Assembly: GCA_051362555.1 (NCBI GenBank)
Contig: CM120640.1
Coordinates: forward strand, 10,044,001 to 10,108,000
Origin: Lingula anatina
Lineage: Eukaryota > Animalia > Brachiopoda
Length of the DNA stretch: 64,000 nt
Reading direction: 5' to 3'
The position numbers were made by a program, and so were the translations under genes. The notes beneath the pieces were generated by a model. The model ran no database searches and was not told the origin of the DNA. It saw only the letters and a program-made list of their open reading frames with translations. Position 1 is the stretch's first letter, and every line of letters starts with the position of its first letter. Positions 1 to 12,613 of this stretch are shown here, piece after piece.

Positions 1-3000
1 TGTCTCCAGTTCCATCAGTTTGTCTCTGAGGACCTTGGACTGTACCCCACTGCCAACCTCTGCCTGGCGGATCTGGACCATCTGCTGCTGGTTTGGCTTT
101 AAAACAATATCAACATAGCGCAATTAACCCTTTACCACATGGTTTTTAATCCATGTTCTTCTAAACATAACATGTCATTTTGAATTCCACTATATAGGTA
201 AAATATCTAAGAAAAAAAAAAGATTTTATAGGGCAGGGGCTGTCTTTTAGTTATGCATATAGCACCAACTCCTTAAAAGTGTTATAGGAAAATTTGGCAT
301 ATTTAAAGAATATTTCATGGCAGTACCTATCTCCAGAGTGGTGCATTTGCATACACATTAGCAGAGACATTTCAACTTTTGATTAAACACAATATTTTCT
401 GTATTAATGATATAATGATATATTTTAAACCTAAATAAATGACCAAACTGATGTAAACTGAATTCACAATGAAAAATACAAAAACATCTTATTATGCTGG
501 TAAAAAATTGTTATCAAATATATAAAACTTTTAATTTTTAAATAGATTTCACCATACCTGTATCTGTGGGCTAACAGCTTTCTTTTGTGGCTTCAACTGT
601 GGGAAGAGCTTAGTGACAAGCTTGGATGTTGGGGGAGTCCCTGCACCATTCACTTGTCCTGCACTACTACTGCCATGTGCATTCCCCGCCTCATCTTGGT
701 TTGTGACACCCCAACTTTCTGTGTCATCAAATTCAATGGACTGAGACAGGGGTGGTACCACTTGCTGTGTTAGCGGCCTGGGGGATGCCATTTTCTCTTC
801 ATGTGGAAGATGATAATATCCTTTGCTGTCAGCATTATTTTGTTCTTCAAATTTCCCTAGGTTGTCACTGTCTTCATCCTCTTCCTCGTCTTCCTCATCA
901 GAGCTTTCTGCCTCAGATTCCTCTTGCTGGTTAGTTTTGGATACAGCATGTTCTTCTTCTATGCTTTCTTCGTGTGCACTGCCTTTCATCTTCCCAAATA
1001 CACCCTCTGTTGAACTAATCACATTCTTCTCATATATTTCAGATTCAGACCTCACTTCTGCTCCATAATGGAGCACTTCAACCTTATTTTCCAACTTCTC
1101 CTCTTCTTCTACATTCTCCTCATCTCCAAGGCCATTTAACTGTCCTTGGTTCTTCTCTTGGAATTCATCATTTGAATGCCTTGTAGCTATCTTTCTGTGA
1201 ACTACTTTAACAACATTAGTGTCAAATTCCTCATCCAAGTTGTGTTCCTCCTGGTCTACCAATGTTTTGTTATTTTCCAATTCATTCTCCAAGTCAGTAT
1301 CCTCCTCTGATATACTGCTGCTACTATCACTGCTATCAGAAGACTCTTCATTCTCACTGTAAAATTTAACATTATGAGATTAAGATAGTGTGCACTGGTT
1401 TACTTTTAGGCAATTTACCTTTACTGGATCTCAAAGTGAACTTGTGACAACTGTGAAATTCAAGCCGTTTCTATTGTGATCTCAAAGTGGAGGACAGGAT
1501 ATTGATATCTACAAAACTCTAAATAACAGATGTTCACATCTGATGAAAGCAATGAGTCAAGGTTAAAAGACAATGGAATTTTGTGAAATTGTTTTTCTAC
1601 AAGCAGGATACCAGAGTCTAAGAACCTATTCACAGAAATAGTGGCCAGAAAAACTGAAAGCTACACAATTTCACTGGCTTGACTCAATTTTAAGGGTATT
1701 CTGCGCGGGACAAGTGTCAATGTCATAGGCTGTAGAAGGCCTACCTTTCCTCCACTGTTTTCTCTAGCCTGGTATCCTGTGGGCTTTGATGCAGATGGTG
1801 TTTCATCTTGGCTGCCTTGATGTGTTTGGATAATGGAGACATCTGGTGGTTAACCTTGAAGCACCGAAATAGAAAGAAATGAAAATATGTGAAAATTAAC
1901 ATAAAAGATCAAGCACAATAAAGATATTTACTTATACATAACAAAATTAAACTTCAAAAAAAAAAAAAAAAAAAAACAAGGCAGCAAAGCTGTCAAATGT
2001 ACAGACAAAAAGCAGGAAATAACTATGCACAAAATAGGCTACTGTCAATTCTGATGCAAAAGTACATTATGTTAAACTGCAAATTCAACATCAAATTTTA
2101 ATTATGCTCAACAGGTAATACCAATGAAAGTAAAATGTGTAACAAGCATAAGGCTTCAGGCCCATGGCAGCTCAAGTTCACACTTTGAAAATGTATAACT
2201 TCCAGAAAAAGAAGCCAATTAGACTGCTTTTCCAACTCAGGCTGCATTTTAGTCCTGTATTTCTTTTCTGAACGTTTGGCAATCATCAGTAACATGGTTT
2301 TCCCATAATGGTCATCATGGCAGCAGCACCCAAAATTGTGTTTTCTTCTATTCTGATGCAATATTACATAGTGGTTAACAGCATAATGACCATCAATTTT
2401 TAATAATAAAATATGCGTATCATGGATTTTCAGAAAATGTGACTAGCATGTGTCTTCAAGCCCATGGAACTTCAAAGTCACACCTTGAAAATGCCAATAT
2501 GTGAAAAATTAAATTTTCACAAAAAAAAACTGTTTAACTAGCAGAAAGAATTACCAAACAGACTGCATTGCCTACTGAAGCTGTATTTTAGTCCCATGTT
2601 TCTTTCCTGTAAGTTTGAGAACAGTAAGTGACATGATTTTTCTTAAATGGTCATCATGGGAGCAGTGCCCAAAATATTTTTTTCCAAATTTTGATGCAAT
2701 ATTACATAATGTTTAACAGCATAATGACCATCAATTTTTAATAATAAAATATTAGTATTATGGATATTCAGAAAATGTGACTAGCAAAGGTCTTCAGGCC
2801 CATGGAACTTCAAAGTCACAACTTGAAAATACCAAAATGTAAACAAGACAGCACTGTTCTGAAATGTTTTTTTTTCCATTTTTAACACTTTATTAACATA
2901 AAACAAAATTAACAGTTTACTGCCATTTTTATATGATCAACTAAGACAATTGATGAGATGTGAAAAATATCAATAAAACGGTGTCAAATGTCCAATTTCC

Positions 3001-6000
3001 TCCATTCTGAGTTTCTGAACATAGTGAATGATTGAATCTTATCAACTGCAGTGATATGAGTTTATTTCCATTTTTGAAACTTTATTACACAATACACGAT
3101 AACAAGTTTACCATCATTTTTACAAAATCAACTAACAATGTTGTAAAGATGCAGGAAATGTCAAACAAACACTTTTACTTATCTTATTAATTAAATAATG
3201 AAACTGTTAACATGCCTAAAAATTGAATCTGAGGAAATGTGAAACAAGACAGCACTATTCTGAAATGGGTTTATTTCCATTTTTAACACTTTTTTAACAT
3301 AAAACAAAACTAGAGGATCAGAGAGGCGATACCACCTCCGAATATTGTACCACCAGCTGGAGCAAGAGCATTCGTATAGACCCCCACATATACAAAATAA
3401 GGAACACAGCCACCAGTCTTGTGCTTGACAAGCTGTAAAAATGCAATCAACAAGAATTTTCAAAATATGCAAAAAATATATATATTACTAAAAATGGTAC
3501 AATCAAAGTTAAGTTCATCGTAAGGTAGGTCAAAGGTCAATTCCAAGGTCACAGTAAATTGCCAGTATATGACTTCCTATTCAACTTCAATAGTAACTAT
3601 GGGCCTATCTCTGCCAGGTTTGGAGTTAAAAGAGAAAGAAATTAGCAGAGTTCAGTTCATGATAATAAGTAGGTCAAAGGTCAATTTCAAGGTCACACTT
3701 AGATTGCCAGTATATGACTTCCTATTCACGTTCAATAGTAACTATGGACCTATCTCTGCCAGTTTTGGAGATAAAGGGGAAGCAAAATATGCAAAGTTCA
3801 GTTCATGGTGAAAAGTAGGTCAAAGGTCAATTTTAAGGTCACATGTAGATTGCCAGTATATGACTTCCTATTCAACTTCAATAGAGACTATGGACCTATC
3901 TCTGCCAGTTTTGGAGATAAAAGGGAAGCAAAATTTGCAAAGTTCAGTTCATGGTGAAAAGTAGGTCAAAGGTCAATTTTAAGGTCACATTTAGATTGCC
4001 AGTATATGTCTTCCTATTCAACTTCAATAGTAACTATGGACCTATCTCTGCCAGTTTTGGAGATATAAGGGACTAAATGTTATAATTTTGGAGTTACCAT
4101 AATGTGCCATAAATTTCCTACAGAAAAAATTAATTAAAATAAAGAAAAGGTCATTTTGGTCAAAATTCTTGAAATGGGAGGTGCTCTGAAGTTCCAGATG
4201 TTCAAATTTGATGAAATAATGTCATTTTTGACCACAAGTTGTCTGCTTTGCCAAGCCTTATGTTTTATTTTTCCGGAGTTCAAAATTTATTATCCATTAC
4301 CGTACTGCACATTTTGCTTTCACCACCAATATGTACTTTTTGATACAGCGTAACTCGAAAACCGTATGGAATACAAAAAAACGGAGACCACCTCCAGTGT
4401 TGGGCTTTACATGCTCTACAAAATGCAAAAAAGAATGGGTGTCTGGCATTAACGGTTCCCGATTTAGAGACAGTTTTCAGTTTCGATATCTTATGGCCGC
4501 TAATTCCGTGAAAATGCACCGATTGACCCCAAATTCACGGAGATGAAAGATGACCTGAAGGGTAACACTTTCCATTAATATTATTAGTTAAGTCTGTGTG
4601 GTGTCTGAATAAGACCGCAAATAATTTTTTTTTCAGCAAAAATTTTGTTTTTTTGAAAATTTTGGCCCATTTGACCTTGAAATAAAGGTCAAAGGTCAAA
4701 TCCAAGGGCATATTTGAAATCTACACATATGACTTTTGGAAAGCTGTCTGTAGAAATTTTTCCCATAATTCCTTCCGTAGGGGAGATAATTAGCATTTAA
4801 TTTTGCCATTTTTGGACAAGGGTGCATTGCAATGAGTGCCACACCTAGACCCCAATACCGACAAAGCCCAAATTTTACGTGGAACGAGTTGAGATTATAG
4901 GTGACCTAAATCCAAGAGATGGGTATGGAGGCCATTACCGTCTAGGAGGAGAAGCGGTAACGGTGACTTGGCGGCGGAGCCGCAGGAGCCGCAGGAGCCG
5001 GCGGAACATACGGGTCGGGACTAAAACCATGTGTACCGCCAGCGCCTACGCTGGTGGTACAATTAACAGTTTACTGCCATTTTTATATGATCAACTAAGA
5101 AAATTGATGAGATGTGAAAAATATCAAAAGAACAGTGTCAAATGTCCAATTTCCTCCATTCTGAGTTTCTGAACATAGTGAATGATTGAATCTTACAAAC
5201 TGCAATGATATGAGTTTATTTCCATTTTTGACACCTTATTACACAATACACGATTACAAGTTTACCATCATTTTTATGTAATCAACTAACAATGTTGTAA
5301 AGATGCAGGAAATGTCAAACAAACACTTTTACGTATCTTATTAATTAAATAATGAGACTGTTAACATGCCTAAAAATTGAATCTGAGGAAATGTGAAACA
5401 AGACAGCACTATTCTGAAATGGGTTTATTTCCATTTTTAACACTTTTTTAACATAAAACAAAATTAACAGTTTACTGCCATTTTTATATGATCAACTAAG
5501 AAAATTGATGAGATGTGAAAAATATCAATAGAACAGTGTCAAATGTCCAATTTCCTCCATTCTGAGTTTCTGAACATAGTGAATGATTGAATCTTACAAA
5601 CTGCAATGATATGAGTTTATTTCCATTTTTGACACCTTATTACACAATACACGATTACAAGTTTACCATCATTTTTATGTAATCAACTAACAATGTTGTT
5701 AAGATGCAGGAAATGTCAAACAAATGAGACTGTTAACATGCCTAAGAATTGAATCTGAGGAAATGTGAAAAAACAGCATAACTTATAAAATAATGGTCCG
5801 ATTATGCTGATTTTCAAACTTGACCTGCGTTTTAGTAAGATTGATTACTCCTGTGAGTTTCATGACAACAGGCCTATGGGTTTTCCTTGAAATGTGTTAA
5901 CAGTGTTGCATATATGCTGAAAAGTGAAAAAACAGCATAACTACTAAAATAGTGGCCCGATCATGCCGATTTTCGAACTTGATCTGCGTTTTAGTAAGAT

Positions 6001-9000
6001 TGATTACTCCTGTGAGTTTCATGACAACAGGCCTATCAGTTTTCCTTGAAATGTGTTAACAGTGTTGCATATATGCTGAAAAGTGAACAAACAGCATAAA
6101 TTCTACAATAATGGCCCGATCATGCTGATTTTCGAACTTGACCTGTGTTTTATGAATATTCATCAGCTCTGTAAATATAAAGCCAAAAAGTAAAACTGTC
6201 TTCCACTTATGGTGTTAACTCAGAAAGTGCATGGCGACGGCGACATGATCGGCGACGGCGACGGCGACGACAGACGCAGGTGATGGCAATATGTACAGAC
6301 ACATCTGTGTCTGTACATAAAAAAAAAAAATCAGGGTCTTGGAAGTATTCGCTTTTCCTTTCTTATAAGCATAATAAGTAGTGACAAATACTTAAGACAC
6401 TCACACAAAACACATTCATTGCGAGAAAAGTAAGTATTTCAGTTGACGTAAAAGTACTGATTTTATAAATAGCTAGTGTTGACTTACTTGTCCTTTCTTG
6501 GCCTTGTCCCTGTCTATCAATTTTACCACTAAGGAAGAATTACTGGAGAAAGAGATATTATCATCAGCATACTGTTCTAGAAGTTCAAACTCCTCGAGTT
6601 CTTCTGTCTCTATCTAAAAGCGAATAGATGAGATGGTTAGAGAAAAAGAACTAAAACACTAATTTGAAGTATTTTATTGCATTTCTTGGAAACAAACACA
6701 AACTATTTTTAAATTTAAAAAGTAGCTGAAAAAAATTTCTCTTAGCATACTGGTCACGAAGATGTTCACGTTTAGATATTAATCAAAATAAGCATTATTT
6801 ATAGGTTTACCTTTTCACTTTCAGCCCTTTTTTTAACAGCAGACAGAAAAGACGCATCAATAGATGAAGTCATTCCAGCATTATCACCCATCTTCTCCAA
6901 ACTGAAGTCAATTAATTTGATGTGAAATAAAATTTTAATTTACAAAATAATGCTTATCATGTACAACTCTTCTTTGGTGCTTAAAAACAAACTGAATGAC
7001 CATCAAACATGAATTCTAATTTTTTTTTTTTAATTCTTGTTACAACATATAGCCAGACAAATTTTTTCACCTGCATAAAAGGGGAAGAAATAATATCATA
7101 AAATATCTCATAGTGCAACCATTCCATGTCATTATCAACTACAAACAAACCTAAATGGCTTTCCTACTGGCATACTCTTGGACACAGGAGAAGGATTATA
7201 CATTTTAGGAGATGGCTTCAGCTGCAGACTTGGTATAGGATGACGAGGTGATGATGGTGTTTTTGAGGCAATTTTTCTGGGTGGAGTAACCTATAGAATA
7301 TAATCACATAAAGTTCAATTGCTTTAAAAAAACATATTGCTATTACATTGAACTTAAAACATTTACATAGAAACCCTGAAAATCTGAATGTCTTATTGAT
7401 TAAAAGTACATTTTGACAAGTATTCTAAAACTCTTTTCAGCAGAGAGTATTTAACAAGAAGAAAAATACATTTCTTTCTCGAAAGATAAGTGTGGACTGG
7501 TATGAAAGACATAATCTTATCTTCTAAATCTTTCATACCCTGTTTTCTTCAATATGTTGGGTTGCTTTAGGGCTGTGAGATTCATTCTTTGAGGAATTTT
7601 TTTGAGTCATCTTCTGCCTATTTTCTGAACTCAGACCAAATCTTGTCAAACCCTGTCCTCTCTTCAGAAAAGATTTCACCACATTTTTGGTTGTCTTATT
7701 TGCCTGCTTCTGGACGTCTTCTTTCTGTAGTGAATATGTTTTATTAAAAAAAAATTAACATTATATATGAAACTTTAAGGGAGATAAGACAATTATTTGT
7801 CAATTGTTTGACTGACTGCCATAAAATCTATTCTTAATGAAGACCAGCTCTGGTGATTTTTGTCTCAAAGGTATATCTTTTAATACAACTTACAGTTAGC
7901 ATACCTGTTTTTCTTGCTGCAGCTGTTGCTCCAAAAGTTCTTCAAAAGTTCTTGTTCTATCTAAAAGAAAAAGATGGTTATGTTTAAAATTTCTTGATTA
8001 CAAAAAAGTTTACTTTATCCAGTGCTTCATTATTTCTTAACCATGTTTGTGATTAAACAAGCACATCATAATTATAATATTCTAAATAAAGAAACCCTTC
8101 TTTGTCCCAATACCAATATATATTCCAACACATGTATGTACATCAAACACATTATTCTGGGTGGGTAACTTAAACTTATTTCCACTTACTAGATAATCCT
8201 GGTTTTATTGGTCTATCATCATCATCTGGAGGCTGTGAAGAAAACAAAAAGTTAGTTGATATACATATTTTAAAACCCTTCAATTAATCAGTCATTTCCA
8301 AACAAATATTCTATCAATGGATTGTCTTAAAATTCAATTTAAGTTATAAGATAAATTACTGTCTCTTTAATCACAAGGTAAGTACATTTTTCAGTCCCTG
8401 TCAACAGAAAATAAATTAACCAGAAACCAGAAAAAAACAATGTTATCATCTATTCAAAAACATAAGAAAGAAATGGAAATATATCTTAAAATGCACACTT
8501 TTAAGATGCACATACCTGTGAATTTTCATCTGCTTTCTCAGGTCTTTTTTTCTCAGATTCTAGCTTGTTTGTGTGCTTATTCACTGACTGCTGCACATGA
8601 GGTTGTTGCATCATTTCTGAAGATCTTTCATCCAATCTTACATCAATATCCTCTATTGAAGGTTGTTCTTCCACTGCTGGTAATGCTTGTGATGGTGGTG
8701 ACAACTCTTGAGGTGCCTCACTCATTTCAGAGGCTGTGTCAGGAAGTGGGTACACTCCCTCTGTACCAAAAGTGTCAGCATTGGACTCTGTATCACTATG
8801 GAATTCTGGTTCTGGCAATGCTTTCATTTCAGGATCATCCTACAATACCCACCAAGAAAACATGATTTCATAACCATTGTGAAAGTTTTTTTTAAATACC
8901 TGATACTTGCATAAACTCACAATGACAAAATGGCTATTTTTATAATTTAATTCCAATTTCAAAATAACTTGAACACGAGCCAGTAGCAACTCTCAATCAT

Positions 9001-10799
9001 GAGATAAAATATAAATATTTAATACACTGCAAGATCTTTCCCAGAAATTAAACTCAAAACCAGATTCATTCTGAAACTGAAAAAGGACATATTCATAGTC
9101 ATGAACATGGTGACTAACCTGATATTGTGGAGATCTGGACACAGCCATGAAGCCACTGGCCAGGGCTTGAGGCACTGTTCTACCCTGGGGACGCTTATCA
9201 CTCCTTGGTGGGGTGGAAAATGGGGTAGAGCTTGCTGGCCTCAATTTCTTAGGGCTACCACCTGTTGAGATTGCAGAAAAAAGGAACTGTACAATAACTT
9301 TAAAAAATCTTTTTCCATCAGCACTGATGATGATGATGACCTACTAGTTTATATACTTGTTACTTTTTATGTCATGTTGACTGTAAATCAACTTAATCAT
9401 CGTTTTTTCAATTACATTACTAATGTGTTGAACAAACAAATCACTTTTAAATAAAATTAAGAACCTTCTAAACATACATCTTTTGAAAGCATCCCCATCA
9501 ATGCATTATCAATTCAATAACACAAATATATTCACACAATCATTTTCAGAATGGTTACCATACCTCCCCACTGTTGTTCTCTCTGCCTAGCTATCATATT
9601 TTGGATCCTTCCCTGCTCCTCTTTCAGGCTCTGAAGTTGCTGTTGCTGCTGCTGCATAAGAATATCTTGCTGTTGTAGTTGCATCTGTCTGAGTTGCTTA
9701 AAACGCTGAAGTAGCTGGGCTTGCTCCACTGCCTGTTGCTGCTCATACAGGTCTGACACTGTGGGGGTAAAGTCAAACTATTATTATTATTATGAACGCA
9801 ACTATATGCAAAAAAAAAAATTTTTTTAATGATATCCAATTATATCCAACAATGTCCAGTGAACTTTTGTACAAGGCTTGAAAAGTATTTTTTTTTTGTT
9901 GGTAAATGAAACCTGTACTATTTTCTATCAGAAAATATGCTTATATTATCGTTATCCTCCACCATTCGTGAAAAAAGTTTACCTTGACTATCATTAAGGT
10001 TCTCCTTTCCCTCTTCCATCATATCAGTTCCTTGAATCATAGCATCAAAGTTCACAGCCTTCATGAAATTATTAACTGGAAGGTCCAAATTCAGCATGGG
10101 ATTCAATGTCACTCCTGGACTTAACATATCTCCAGAACCTGTCAGGTTGTGGGAAGGGGACCCTGTTCCAACTCCAGAACCAGAGCCAATAAAAGATCTT
10201 GACAACAAACCAGACCCAGACTGTAGGTAACCAGCATTCATTAACTGGGAATGCATGAGCTGAGTTTGCAGCAAGGGGTCCATGTACCCTGGTCCACTAC
10301 CAGATCCACTGCCAAAGCTTTGACCAGACCCAGTTCCAAACCCAGGATGTAAATATCCAGATCCAAATCCATGCCCTGATCCTTGCCTTAAACTCTGGCC
10401 GTTTATCATTTGAGTTTGCATCATTGGATCCTGTATGTGCATTGCACCAGACCCAGACCCTTTAAGTTCAGCAGACTTGGTATGCAAAAGTGGATTAAAG
10501 GAAGAAACATTTCTGAAGTCACCCTGACCCATGGGATCACTTGATACCAATCTGTCTTTGCCTGAACCATCTACAGACTGAAGGAGTGCCCTTCCATTAA
10601 ACTGCTGTACCTGGAGTGGATCAAAGTTTTTTCCATTATGGTTTTGCTCAGAGAGTGGGGCTGTCTGTGCCATGCGTTGTTGAAGTGACATAAAGCTGGA
10701 GTTTGGGTTATAACCCAAGACAACACCTGCTCTGGAACTCCATCCATCTTGGGGGATGTTTTCCTTCAAATGGTGTTGCTCATTCCTTGTGTTGTCCAT
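1..10799 (-). CDS. CENPJ: Centromere protein J / CPAP / SAS-4 (centriole assembly), multi-exon, 3' part beyond the left edge
   Basis: Inferred coding exons (minus): 10799-9983, 9758-9564, 9261-9119, 8839-8516, 8232-8190, 7960-7905, 7724-7539, 7290-7151, 6901-6811, 6613-6488, 1854-1745, 1357-558, 96-<1, all with GT-AG boundaries. Peptides match CPAP hallmarks in order: Q-rich coiled coil (QLLQRFKQLRQMQLQQQ); PN2-3 tubulin-binding region (DDRPIKPG...RTFEELLEQQL...KSFLKRGQGLTRF); ELEEFELLEQYADDNISFSSNSS; PPTSKLVTKLFPQLKP; and VLRDKLMELET at the start of the C-terminal coiled coil. A non-coding exon 1 has its donor (G|GTAAGT) at 11516. Confidence 0.9.
2150..2835. repeat. Diverged tandem repeat, ~300-340 bp unit, about 2 copies
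   Basis: The marker CTTCA(G/A)GCCCATGG..CAC..TTGAAAAT recurs at ~2154, ~2454 and ~2792. The block GATGCAATATTACATA...GACCATCAATTTTTAATAATAAAAT is present twice. Confidence 0.8.
2835..5765. repeat. Tandem repeat, ~401 bp unit, about 3 copies; second unit split by the 3310-5062 insertion
   Basis: The marker AAACAAGACAGCACT recurs at ~2841, ~3242 and ~5396. The last spacing equals ~401 after subtracting the 1753-bp insert. The third unit has a short internal deletion. Confidence 0.85.
3310..5062 (-). mobile_element. Non-autonomous Helentron/Helitron-like HINE element, copy A (1753 bp)
   Basis: Near-identical reverse complement of 39409-41461. Read on the minus strand: 5'-TTGTACCACCAGC with adjacent inverted repeat; GC-rich 9-mer microsatellite; 146-bp tandem array (~3.7 units, ~3500-4070); subTIR GCTGGTGGTACAAT; GAGG(C/T)G-GTAT-CGCCTC hairpin; 3' CTAG. 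Inserted at A|T with no target-site duplication. Confidence 0.88.
5765..6150. repeat. Tandem repeat, ~160 bp unit, about 2.4 copies (inside the older HINE)
   Basis: AAACAGCATAA...CCGATCATGC(T/C)GATTTTCGAACTTGA recurs, with variants, at ~5770, ~5930 and ~6090. Confidence 0.85.
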
Positions 10800-11515
10800 T
10801 CTGAAATGTAAATAATACAACATAAAACAGAAAAATATTATAATTTCTGATAAAACATTCTTTAAAAAAACTTTTAGTTATGTCTTATTTTCTTTAAAAA
10901 GAGAATGTGTTAACTTACACCACAACAACAACCACAACAAACACCAATATCAGATTTCTTGTATGGTCTGATGCACCTTTAGCATACATGGAAACATGTA
11001 ACAAAAATATAAGGGCAATTAGGGTTCACTGAAATCCTGACTTCATGTTGTAGTCAAAACAAAACATCAAACATACTGTACAATGAAATACTGAACAGAG
11101 TAAAAATTTAACATGTGAACTTCACAAAGTTCAAAGTTCAAAAGTTAAATCATATTCTCATTCTTTCCCAAATCTTGGATTCTTTCATTGGCAAATAATA
11201 TGAGCATTTGTTTGGTTTCATTTCATTTTCAAGAGTACCAGTATGCAGCTTGTGACAAGGGGGCAGTGAAAAAAAAAGAAAGCTTGGGGAAGCTGCAGAT
11301 GTTCTTTTCCCCATTCACGGGCAGAAATTCAAGGCTATTCCTAGTTTAATTCCACATAAGGAGTACGATTTTACGGAGTTACTCGAGAATTAGCTTTTCT
11401 CTTGTCAGAGATGTCAGAATGAAACTGTTGAGTGTGAAGTATTTTGCCTTACACATCAGCATTTCCATTAAGTAATTTAATTATAAATTCCATTATGTAT
11501 ATATAGTGGACTTAC

Positions 11516-11940
11516 CTTTTGTAATTTAAAGAATTGTCTTAGTTTATTTGAATTGTTTAACAACAAGAATTGCAATCAGTACAACGAGTCCTCTCATTCA
11601 TCTGTATCCGGAAGTTTTGTGCGTGCCGCCATTTTCAAACAAACTTGAATTGCTACCGAACGAGATTTTTCGAGAAAGACTCTATTTTAAAACAATTCTA
11701 TGGCAAAATTTATTTTATAATGCTTTCGAATGAATTGAAAAAGTCAGAGAAAATAATTAATATTAAATTCAATTCATAATTTTTGAACTGATCGACGACA
11801 GTCTAAAATCTCCGCCTTTTACACTCGTATTCACTTTGCCCTGGATTAACTGAACTGGTGTTTCACAACGAGGCTTCAGCTTAATGAAGAGGCGATGGAC
11901 AAAACTTGCACGGGGTCTCATCAGGCTAATTCTTTTAACG
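11516..11940. promoter_or_regulatory. Putative bidirectional promoter between CENPJ and the DUF4807 gene
   Basis: CpG-containing patch between divergent genes. ETS/GABP motif CCGGAAGT at 11608-11615 and YY1 motif GCCGCCATTTT at 11625-11635; both are typical of TATA-less bidirectional housekeeping promoters. Confidence 0.6.
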
Positions 11941-12613
11941 TAGGAATTAATTTGGGATCCTGAAGCACGCTATTTAATTATCATTATTAATTTCTTGAAC
12001 TTAAATATGGTCCCAATGTTTCGCAAAGTTTTGCTTCAGTTCAGTGCTACTAGTACTGCCATTCTGAACTGAGTGATGTGTTGTGTAGGCCGGTTGTGTA
12101 GATGCTGCACCTATGGCAATGTAATGTAGATTAAATAACTATATGCAGAACACCCAACCACAGTGTCCAGTGACAACAAAGGAGCCTTGACTCTAGAAGA
12201 TTTTTGTGTTATTTTGTTTGGGGGGGTGGGGGGTGGGTGTTTGCATTTTCACTTTCTTTCTATTTATTTCATTTTGATTAAATTATTACTTTGAACGGAC
12301 CCTTTCAAACAATGAAATCTATCTTATATTTTAACAACTTACACAAGGTATTTATTTCTTTTGTGTGACATTTAATTGCCACACAAATTAACTGGCGTAT
12401 ATAACAATCTTCAAAAAATAGTTTGGTAGTAGTTATTCCAGTAATATGTACATGTATAGTACCCAGTTTACTGGTACTATAAATTAATTGCTATAAATTT
12501 TGATCATTTTAAGTTTTCAATAAAAAATTATATTTTTCTCATTCAGATATACATACATCATTATTTCTTTAAGGTGATCTTTTATGTGGGATCACATTGA
12601 TTAACAATCAAAC

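Larger units (their letters stand above)
1977..6319 (-). mobile_element. Older non-autonomous Helentron-like (HINE/DINE-1/pearl-type) element in a CENPJ intron, interrupted by a younger element
   Basis: One end has the hairpin TATGTACAGACAC-atct-GTGTCTGTACATA (6290-6319) next to a (GGCGAC)n microsatellite (~6234-6270). The matching subterminal inverted copy ATGTACAGACA is at 1997-2007, beside the small stem-loop CAGC-AAA-GCTG and a CTTG end (minus strand) running into a poly-T tract. The interior consists of ~160-bp, ~401-bp and ~300-340-bp tandem units. Confidence 0.7.

Noticed and set aside
4156-4546. Short ORFs conserved between the two HINE copies (also 39943-40333) as an element-encoded protein
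   Set aside because: They occur in overlapping frames on both strands with no Rep/helicase or transposase motifs; the similarity simply reflects DNA identity of the copies.
8440-8865. Plus-strand ORFs overlapping CENPJ exons, and similar antisense ORFs over the EEP and A20 exons
   Set aside because: They are antisense shadows of real coding exons.
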